Below are positions 56,960 to 64,000 of a stretch of 64,000 bases of DNA, in pieces. Positions within the stretch are counted from its first letter, which is position 1; each line of letters starts with the position of its first letter. This DNA is from a virus (lineage: Duplodnaviria; Caudoviricetes). The translations under genes were made by a program, and so were the position numbers. The notes under the pieces were generated by a model, which had not been told where the DNA came from, did no database searches, and saw nothing but the letters and a program-made list of their open reading frames with translations. The DNA is taken from IMG/VR virus record IMGVR_UViG_2868569063_000004, positions 58,875 through 122,874 of that record; one strand, given 5' to 3'.

Positions 56960-58434
56960 TGGATACCTTAGCAATTCTGTTAAGCGATACTTACAAACAA
57001 GTACACCACAATATGTTTCCGAGAGGATTGACGAAGTTAGTCTCTTATTGGACTCCGAGAAGATCAATGTTAAAGGAGCAGGATCATATGGTTTTCTTCG
57101 GACTGCAGGCTTTTATTAAAGAATATCTTATTACATATTTTAAAAGAGATTTCTTTAAATTAAGCACTGATGAAGTTCAAGAACTTTATACAATTAGTAT
57201 GGACATTCAGTTAGGAGAAGGAAATTACGATATTTCTCCAATCCTTAAACTTCACGAATTAGGGTATCTTCCGATTCAGATCCGTGCATTACCGGAAGGT
57301 ACATTAGTGCCTATGGGAGTGCCATGCATTGAAATCACGAATACACATCCAGATTTTGCATGGGTTGTGCAGTGGATTGAGTGTATTCTGCAGGTTGAGC
57401 TTTGGAAGCCGTGTGCTCATGCAACAATTGGACATATGTACAGAGAACTGGCAAATTTCTACTATAAAAAGACCTGCGACGACATTTTAAGACCTGAAAT
57501 GGCCTGCTCAGACTTTGGAATGCGTGGAATGTCCTGTATGGAAGAAGCAGAGAGATGCTCCGTTGCTTGGCTATTATCCTTTGATAAGACAAGTACGATC
57601 CCGGCAATTGATTATTTGGACAAATATTATTTCAATGACTGTAGCGTGAGTCATATTGGAATTGGTGCGATTTCTACCGAACATGCGGTCATGGCTTCAA
57701 ATTATGCTGTGGACGGAGACGAAATTACATTTGTGAAAAGACTACTTACAGAATTATATCCGAATGCATCTTTCAGCATGGTATCTGATACATATGATTA
57801 CTGGAACATGATTGACAATATTCTTCCAGCTTGCAAAAAAGAAATTATGCAGCACAATGGTAAGCTCTTGGTTCGTCCGGATTCTGGTGATATGGTAGAG
57901 ATTTCAGTTAAGACTATCGAAAAACTCTGGAATACATTTGAAGGATCAGTAAATAGCAAAGGTTACAAAGTACTGGACCCTCATATTGGAATTATCTATG
58001 GTGATGGCTGTACTCTTAACAATGTAAAAAAGGTATGGGAAGAACTTGAGAAGAAAGGATTCGCTGCAAACAACATTGTATTTGGAGTTGGGGCTTTTTG
58101 TTTCTCGGCAGTTGTAGAACCTGATGGACGTATGGTCGTTGTAACCAGAGATATGTTCGGCATTGCTATGAAAGCTACATTTGGAGAAGTTAACGGACAA
58201 CCGATTATGATTTACAAAGATCCAAAGACAGATGTAAGCCATTTAAAGAAATCTCATAAAGGATGTTGTCATGTATATTACGATGAAAATGGAGAATTAA
58301 GGTGCAGAGATGGATATGACAGCTTTGTTTATGATGGGGCATTAAAAACTGTATTTAAAGACGGTGAAATATATCATACAGAAATATTTAAAGAAATCAG
58401 AGACAGATTAAACGGAAGAAACAAAGATGAGTAA
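56959..58434 (+). CDS. nadV: Nicotinamide/nicotinate phosphoribosyltransferase (Nampt-like; candidate Namat)
   Basis: DTYK..H, FFGLQ, DFG.RG, TEH.VM, VSDTYD, VRPDSG, GDG, FGVG, RD...A.KAT, KDPKTD...KKS.KG. Confidence 0.92.
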   Translation: MDTLAILLSDTYKQVHHNMFPRGLTKLVSYWTPRRSMLKEQDHMVFFGLQAFIKEYLITYFKRDFFKLSTDEVQELYTISMDIQLGEGNYDISPILKLHELGYLPIQIRALPEGTLVPMGVPCIEITNTHPDFAWVVQWIECILQVELWKPCAHATIGHMYRELANFYYKKTCDDILRPEMACSDFGMRGMSCMEEAERCSVAWLLSFDKTSTIPAIDYLDKYYFNDCSVSHIGIGAISTEHAVMASNYAVDGDEITFVKRLLTELYPNASFSMVSDTYDYWNMIDNILPACKKEIMQHNGKLLVRPDSGDMVEISVKTIEKLWNTFEGSVNSKGYKVLDPHIGIIYGDGCTLNNVKKVWEELEKKGFAANNIVFGVGAFCFSAVVEPDGRMVVVTRDMFGIAMKATFGEVNGQPIMIYKDPKTDVSHLKKSHKGCCHVYYDENGELRCRDGYDSFVYDGALKTVFKDGEIYHTEIFKEIRDRLNGRNKDE

Positions 58435-58900
58435 AATTACAGATTATTTATTAAAAGATGATGTGATTGTAGTAATGGATGTAGATGGAGTACTTGCTCC
58501 GTATGAGTTTTCTGAATTAAGTCATAGTATGACTGACGATGAATGGGACAGACTTGTAGCTTCCGGTGAGAATCCGTATAAAGATGTGCGTCCGATCAAA
58601 TTAATACAGGAGTTTATTCAGAAGAAAGGCGTGAATAAAGTATATACCTGTTCAAAGAGTCCTTTAAATGAAATTCCTGGTAAAAGAGCTTTTATAAAAG
58701 ACAATTATGATCTGCCAGATGATAATATCTATTTCACTTTAGAAAAGACAGAAAAACTTACTGTGCTTCAAACGCTGCAACAAAAGCTCGGACTTAAGCC
58801 ATCTCAGATTGCAATTGTAGAAGATACAGTTAAAACTTTGGATTATATTCGTGCACATAGCGATTTTGTAACTGTACATGTTTCATCATTTATGGAGTAG
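58427..58900 (+). CDS. HAD-superfamily phosphatase
   Basis: MDVDGVLA, CS, K, VED. Confidence 0.8.
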   Translation: MSKITDYLLKDDVIVVMDVDGVLAPYEFSELSHSMTDDEWDRLVASGENPYKDVRPIKLIQEFIQKKGVNKVYTCSKSPLNEIPGKRAFIKDNYDLPDDNIYFTLEKTEKLTVLQTLQQKLGLKPSQIAIVEDTVKTLDYIRAHSDFVTVHVSSFME

Positions 58901-58919
58901 ATATAGGGAGGTATTAAAA

Positions 58920-59321
58920 ATGAGTTATTTTACTGATTCAGTTTCAGATCTTTGTCAGGGGATTATTGATAAAGTAGATACTTATGAAAAACGAATCAAA
59001 TACTTAGAAGAAGAAAACAAAAAGCTCAAAGATGAGCATTATAAAGACTCTGAAATGCAGAGAATGAAAACAGAGTTGGAAAAAGCAAAAGATGATTTAC
59101 ATAGAGGATTTCCAATTTCTAAAGAAGAAGAGGAGAAAATCAAAGAGTGGCAGTTAAAACATGACGCTGAGAAACATGGTTTGAAAACTATGGAACAGAG
59201 ATTGAGAGCTGGCGGATGTTGTGGCGGGAGATATACATATCAATTTGTTCCCACAAGCATTGGAACTATTGGAGAAGTGATTTGCTCCTGTGGCGAGAAG
59301 TTTACATTTCAGGATTTATAG
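58920..59321 (+). CDS. Hypothetical protein
   Basis: Coiled coil then GG..TY.F.PT.IG....V.C.CG. Confidence 0.75.
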   Translation: MSYFTDSVSDLCQGIIDKVDTYEKRIKYLEEENKKLKDEHYKDSEMQRMKTELEKAKDDLHRGFPISKEEEEKIKEWQLKHDAEKHGLKTMEQRLRAGGCCGGRYTYQFVPTSIGTIGEVICSCGEKFTFQDL

Positions 59322-59331
59322 GAAAAGATTT

Positions 59332-59832
59332 ATGATTAAAATTATTGAAGGTAACATTGTAGATGCACAGACCGATTATATAATTCATCAAGTTAATTGC
59401 CAAGGAGAAATGAATACTGGAGTTGCTAAAGCATTAAGAGATTATGACGAAGGTATTTATATACATTATAGAAACGTCTGTAAATTACGTGAGTTTAATC
59501 CAGAATTACTTCTTGGAACATATGACGAGTACTTTATCAGAAGGAAAAATCAAGAGATATTGTCCTTATTTGCACAAGACAAGTATGGATATGATGGAAA
59601 ACAGTATACTGATGTTAAAGCTTTTCGAGAAGGATTAAATTTTATTCGACAACAAATACCTGTTTATTGGTTTGATGCTGATAACAGACCTCACAAGACA
59701 ACCATTGCACTCCCATATAAAATAGGCTGCGGAAGAGGAGGAGCAGACTGGGAAGTGGTTTATAAGATTATAGAAGAAGAATTAAGTAGTTTTGAAGTAG
59801 AATTGTGGAAATTGGAGGAGCAGAATGTTTAA
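59332..59832 (+). CDS. Macrodomain ADP-ribose processing protein (Poa1/DarG-like)
   Basis: IIEGNI, IIHQVNC.G.M..GVA, LFAQ, IALPYKIGCGRGGADW. Confidence 0.88.
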   Translation: MIKIIEGNIVDAQTDYIIHQVNCQGEMNTGVAKALRDYDEGIYIHYRNVCKLREFNPELLLGTYDEYFIRRKNQEILSLFAQDKYGYDGKQYTDVKAFREGLNFIRQQIPVYWFDADNRPHKTTIALPYKIGCGRGGADWEVVYKIIEEELSSFEVELWKLEEQNV

Positions 59833-60970
59833 TGTAGAAAAAGCAACAAATGATTGTATTCAGTGGATTAGAGATTGGAGAGAAGAGAATGGTCCTGGAT
59901 GTAATCTCATAGTAGGTATTTCCGGTGGCGTTGACTCTTTAGTAGCTGCTAAGCTATGTGTGGAAGCCGTTGGAGCTGACAAAGTTCTCGGAGTAATCAT
60001 GCCGAACTATAAACAGGATGATATTGATGTGGCTTATGATATTTGCCAGCATGTATTAAACATTGATTATCTTACTATTAATATTGGATCAGCTTATGAT
60101 GATATTATTGATCAAATTGATGCTGCATTTAATGTAACAGATCAGACATTAATTAATCTCGCTCCTAGACTAAGAATGACCACTCTATACGGGGTGTCAC
60201 AGTCACACAATGGAAGAGTGGTTAATACATGTAATCTTTCTGAGGATTACATCGGATACTCCACTAGATATGGTGACGCAGCAGGGGACTTTTCACCGTT
60301 GGCTCAGTTCACAAAGAGTGAAGTAAAAAGAATCGGTTATTATTTAGGACTACCTAAAAAATATATAGAGAAAACACCATCAGATGGGTTATGCGGTAAA
60401 TCAGATGAAGATAGCTTCGGATTTACCTATGCAGTATTAGATAGATATATTCGTACAGGTATTTGCGATGATCCGGAAATTAAAAGACGGATTGATCGTT
60501 TACATACAAAAAATAAGTTTAAACTGAAACCAATGCAGTATTTTAATTATAAAGAGGAGAAAACAGATATGAATATGTCACCAGATGAGATTTTAAAAGC
60601 ACTTGAAAAAGCAGTAGCGAAAAAAGAAAAAGAGCATACTATTGGAGAAGAGCTTAGAAGCTGTGAGCGTCAGATTAAAGATGCTTTAGGCATTGATGTA
60701 TATATTGTACCTAAAAATAAAACTGATAAACAGGTTTGTAAAACACTTTCGAAAGATGATATCACATTTGTAGGAAGAACAAAAGATATTGCTACAGGAA
60801 AAATTAGAACTACTGTAGGGTTCAAAGATGGAACACAGACTTCTGTAGTCTTAAATGATTGGGAAGACGAAGATGATACTGAAAAAGCCATTATGTGGTG
60901 TTTGCTTAAGAAGTGTTTCAAATCAAAAAGAAGCTTAGAAAAAGTAATTTATTCAATGGAGGACATGTAA
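59825..60970 (+). CDS. nadE: NH3-dependent NAD+ synthetase with in-frame C-terminal extra domain
   Basis: GISGGVDS, N..PR.RM, NLSE..IGY.T.YGD, K.PSDGL, DE..FGFTY. Confidence 0.92.
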   Translation: MFNVEKATNDCIQWIRDWREENGPGCNLIVGISGGVDSLVAAKLCVEAVGADKVLGVIMPNYKQDDIDVAYDICQHVLNIDYLTINIGSAYDDIIDQIDAAFNVTDQTLINLAPRLRMTTLYGVSQSHNGRVVNTCNLSEDYIGYSTRYGDAAGDFSPLAQFTKSEVKRIGYYLGLPKKYIEKTPSDGLCGKSDEDSFGFTYAVLDRYIRTGICDDPEIKRRIDRLHTKNKFKLKPMQYFNYKEEKTDMNMSPDEILKALEKAVAKKEKEHTIGEELRSCERQIKDALGIDVYIVPKNKTDKQVCKTLSKDDITFVGRTKDIATGKIRTTVGFKDGTQTSVVLNDWEDEDDTEKAIMWCLLKKCFKSKRSLEKVIYSMEDM

Positions 60971-60971
60971 T

Positions 60972-61160
60972 ATGAGATCAAAGAATTCCTGGAACAAAGA
61001 GTATGAGACAAAAGTAGATAAAAACGGAAAGAAACATACTAGAATGGTTAAACATGGGATGAAGCAGTCTAAGAAGTCACTTGCTTTTTCTAAACATGTA
61101 AATAAAATGAAAACTGATAAACCTAAGTGGAATAAGAAATCTAGTGGCGAGAGCCACTAG
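60972..61160 (+). CDS. Small Lys-rich protein
   Basis: GGAGG RBS. Confidence 0.6.
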   Translation: MRSKNSWNKEYETKVDKNGKKHTRMVKHGMKQSKKSLAFSKHVNKMKTDKPKWNKKSSGESH

Positions 61161-61172
61161 AAAGGAGGGCTC

Positions 61173-61568
61173 ATGAAAATACGGAAAGGATTTGTTACTA
61201 ATTCAAGCTCTAGCAGTTTCATTATTTGCTTTGCAAGGATTGCTGACAAAGAAAAAGCTCAGAAGATAATTGATCAGTTCAATCTTGATGTATTAGATGT
61301 TACTGGTGTAAATGATGAAAAAAACTGGTCTGGTGAGCTTGGTGCTAGTTGGTGCGGAGCGGTCATTTATGGGGTTGATGACATTTTAGAAAAGCACCCT
61401 GATGGAGAATATATCGTAATTAAGGACAGTAACGATGCTTATTATGATGAATGGGGCGATGCTATATATGATTATGATTACTCTATGGGTGAAGCGATAA
61501 ATGTTATTACGAAAGTAAATGGATTTGCTGATATAAAAGTTGCCGAAGGAGAAGGGAGAGATGGTTAA
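61173..61568 (+). CDS. FVTNSSS-motif protein 4
   Basis: MKIRKGFVTNSSSSSFII. Confidence 0.82.
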   Translation: MKIRKGFVTNSSSSSFIICFARIADKEKAQKIIDQFNLDVLDVTGVNDEKNWSGELGASWCGAVIYGVDDILEKHPDGEYIVIKDSNDAYYDEWGDAIYDYDYSMGEAINVITKVNGFADIKVAEGEGRDG

Positions 61569-61951
61569 TGAAAATAAGAAGAGGATTTGTCACTAATAGT
61601 TCGTCTTCAAGTTATATTATTGCAAAAAAGAAAGATGCAACATTGACAGACATTAAAAACTCACTGTTGAAAGTAAGAGACAACGCTAAATCTTTTTTGA
61701 TTGAACAGCATAAATGGATTGATCTTGAGCCGGATGTAGAAGAGTCAATAAGAAAAGAAGATTATGATAAGGCTGCAGATGCGTTTTTAGAATATGTGGC
61801 AGATTATTTATACGGTAACTTTAATGCTGGAACATTGGGCGATTGGGAAGTTGGATCGGATGAGTTCTGGAATGACAATGGTGATCCATATGAAAATTTT
61901 ATTTTAGATTCTGCATGGCTTATTGGTGATGAAAACTTACAGATTATCTGA
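61568..61951 (+). CDS. FVTNSSS-motif protein 5
   Basis: MKIRRGFVTNSSSSSYII. Confidence 0.82.
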   Translation: MKIRRGFVTNSSSSSYIIAKKKDATLTDIKNSLLKVRDNAKSFLIEQHKWIDLEPDVEESIRKEDYDKAADAFLEYVADYLYGNFNAGTLGDWEVGSDEFWNDNGDPYENFILDSAWLIGDENLQII

Positions 61952-61960
61952 GGTGCAAAC

Positions 61961-62479
61961 ATGGAAATAAAAGCAAAGGAAATAATTGTAGATGGCAACA
62001 CATCTTATAAGTATTATAAACCAAAGTTCTGCTGTAAGGCATTGGAAGAAAATCCTAGAATAATTATTTCTAATGAATACCCTGATGCCTACTTATGTAG
62101 AACTTGTGAAACTGTAGTATGCCAAGACTGTGACTACGAAAGTAATGAAACTTTTGGAATTTTCTTTTACGTAAGCGAAGAAGTCCAAGACTGGGGAGAT
62201 ACATGGCCTGATGATTATTATTACCCTCTTAAATTCTGTCCATTTTGCGGAGAACCAATTGAAGTTGATGTCATAGAAACCATTGATAAAACAGAAGAAG
62301 CAGAAAAGGTATCTGAGGTTGCAACGAAGCTACGAAAACAGTTATGGGCATGTGATAGCAAGAAAAAGTGCGCAGAGTTAGAAAAAGAGATAAGGAACTT
62401 AGACGATATAGTAAATTATTATTATTCAACAGGAGAAATTGATGAAAATAGAGAAAATCAAAAAATTGTTGAAAAGTGA
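61961..62479 (+). CDS. Zinc-binding hypothetical protein
   Basis: FCC, CRTC, CQDC, FCPFCG. Confidence 0.75.
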   Translation: MEIKAKEIIVDGNTSYKYYKPKFCCKALEENPRIIISNEYPDAYLCRTCETVVCQDCDYESNETFGIFFYVSEEVQDWGDTWPDDYYYPLKFCPFCGEPIEVDVIETIDKTEEAEKVSEVATKLRKQLWACDSKKKCAELEKEIRNLDDIVNYYYSTGEIDENRENQKIVEK

Positions 62480-63473
62480 ACACTATGATTTCTTAAGAGC
62501 GAACGAGCACCTGGGGAGTAACATAATTCTATTAGGCTTAGGTGGGTCTCATGCTTATGGTACAGATACAGAAAACTCCGATCTGGATATTAGGGGTTGT
62601 GCTTTAAATAAAAGAGAAGAAATCCTGATTCCTACACATAATTTTGATCAGGTAACGGAAGAAACAACAGATACAACAATCTATTCTTTTAATAAATTGA
62701 TAACTCTATTGTCAAACTGCAACCCAAACACAATTGAGCTGATAGGATTGAAGCCAGAACATTATCTTTATATTCATCCAATTGGTCAAGAACTTCTTGA
62801 TAATGCTGAAATGTTTTTATCTAAGAAAGCAATCTATTCTTTTGGAGGCTATGCTACAAGCCAGTTAAGAAGGCTTGATAATAAAGCTGCCAGGAAATTG
62901 AGACAAGAAGAAAGAATGCAGCATGTTCTTAATAGTATTATGAATGCTTTTTATACTTTCCCTGAAAAGTATTTCAATTTTCCAGAAGATGCAATAAAGC
63001 TTTATGTAGATAAAGGTATTCAGGAAGATTATGAAACAGAAGTATTTATGGATATCCAGTTGAAGCACTATCCTTTGAATGATTATCAGGGGATGTGGGC
63101 CGAAATGAAAAACATTATTAGGGATTATTCCAGAATTGGGAAGAGAAATAAGCATGCCATAGAACATAATAAGTTAGGAAAGCATATGTGCCATTTAGTG
63201 AGATTGTATCTTATGTGTTTTGATATTCTTGAAAAAGGCAAAATTATTACATATAGAGAAGATGATCATGAGCTTCTTATGGCTCTACGTAATGGAGAAT
63301 ATTTGGATGCAAACAGTCAGCCTATCCCAGAATTTTTTGAAATGGTAAACGAGTTAGAGAAAAGACTTGAGTATGATTCAAAGAATACCTTATTGCCTGA
63401 TAAACCAAATTATAAAGCTATAGAAGAATTTGTAATGTCTGTCAATGAAAGAATTGTATTAGGAGAGATTTAA
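62442..63473 (+). CDS. Pol-beta superfamily nucleotidyltransferase (YcgL/RlaP-like)
   Basis: GGSHAYG....SDLDIRG, NPN.IE, SF.GYA..Q, K...H..RL. Confidence 0.88.
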   Translation: MKIEKIKKLLKSEHYDFLRANEHLGSNIILLGLGGSHAYGTDTENSDLDIRGCALNKREEILIPTHNFDQVTEETTDTTIYSFNKLITLLSNCNPNTIELIGLKPEHYLYIHPIGQELLDNAEMFLSKKAIYSFGGYATSQLRRLDNKAARKLRQEERMQHVLNSIMNAFYTFPEKYFNFPEDAIKLYVDKGIQEDYETEVFMDIQLKHYPLNDYQGMWAEMKNIIRDYSRIGKRNKHAIEHNKLGKHMCHLVRLYLMCFDILEKGKIITYREDDHELLMALRNGEYLDANSQPIPEFFEMVNELEKRLEYDSKNTLLPDKPNYKAIEEFVMSVNERIVLGEI

Positions 63474-63475
63474 GA

Positions 63476-64000
63476 ATGAATTTTAATGGATTAAAAAGTA
63501 GCGAAGTAGAGGTTAGTAGGACTACATATGGAAGTAATAAGCTTCCGGAGCCTGAATTGAAGAAATGGTATCATTTTGCTAAGGAGGCATTAACTGAACC
63601 AATTACTATGATTCTAATAATAATTGCTTTGTTTCAGTTGGTTTTAGGAGCTATGGGAGTAATGTCTCTTTCTGAACCTGTAATGATTATAGTGGTTTTA
63701 GCTATTGTTACTGGAATTGCTATTAAGACAGGTCTAGGCGTACAGAAATCTGCAGCAGAGCTAAGAGCAAAAACGGCAGTTAGATATTGTGATGTTGTCC
63801 GAGATGGAAGCGTACAGACAATTAATAAAGATGATCTGGTAGTAGGTGATTTAGTTCTATTGAGAACTGGACAAGAGATTTTTGCAGATGGATTTATTGT
63901 TGATGGAGAAATTTCTGTTAATAACGCCGCTATCAATGGAGAGACAAAAGAATGTAGAAAAATTCCTAGAGCGTGTCTGAAAAACATTTTAAATTGTTTA
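63476..64000 (+). CDS. Cation-transporting P-type ATPase, N-terminal part (runs off the window, not in ORF track)
   Basis: GL...EV..SR..YGSNKL, two TM helices, V.RDG....I...DLVVGD...L..G..I.ADG, AINGE. Confidence 0.88.
   Translation, partial: MNFNGLKSSEVEVSRTTYGSNKLPEPELKKWYHFAKEALTEPITMILIIIALFQLVLGAMGVMSLSEPVMIIVVLAIVTGIAIKTGLGVQKSAAELRAKTAVRYCDVVRDGSVQTINKDDLVVGDLVLLRTGQEIFADGFIVDGEISVNNAAINGETKECRKIPRACLKNILNCL

Noticed and set aside
13340-63987. Minus-strand and nested short ORFs in the track across the right arm
   Set aside because: They are shadows of plus-strand genes that have RBSs and recognisable motifs.

Overview
AT-rich 64-kb segment of a large SPbeta-like phage or prophage of a Bacillota host (probably gut Clostridia/Lachnospiraceae; inferred from gene families, sigma-A promoters and Gram-positive LexA boxes). 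No virion genes lie in the window. The left arm (1-11.3 kb, minus strand) carries a YonO-type single-subunit RNA polymerase split inside its catalytic DxDGD motif by a group I intron with an HNH endonuclease, followed by PIN-PhoH, ClpP, two HU-family genes and a GIY-YIG endonuclease. A 1.9-kb divergent control region follows, with iteron-like repeats, tandem promoters and a small ORF covered by an antisense RNA. The right arm (13.2-64 kb, plus strand) is a long early/accessory region. It holds ~22 small proteins sharing a C-terminal L-x-x-hydrophobic-I-x-x-R tag, five MKIRxGFVTNSSSSS proteins, a non-canonical radical SAM/SPASM enzyme, an SPbeta yopP-yopQ-yopR-like repression module, NAD-dependent ligase, Pnk-HD, three tRNAs plus a tRNA-like element, a candidate heptamer-repeat ncRNA, an extended NAD+ rebuilding set (PncA, Prs-like, Nampt-like, macrodomain, NadE), a nucleotidyltransferase and the start of a P-type ATPase. 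All family assignments come from motif recognition by eye, not database searches.
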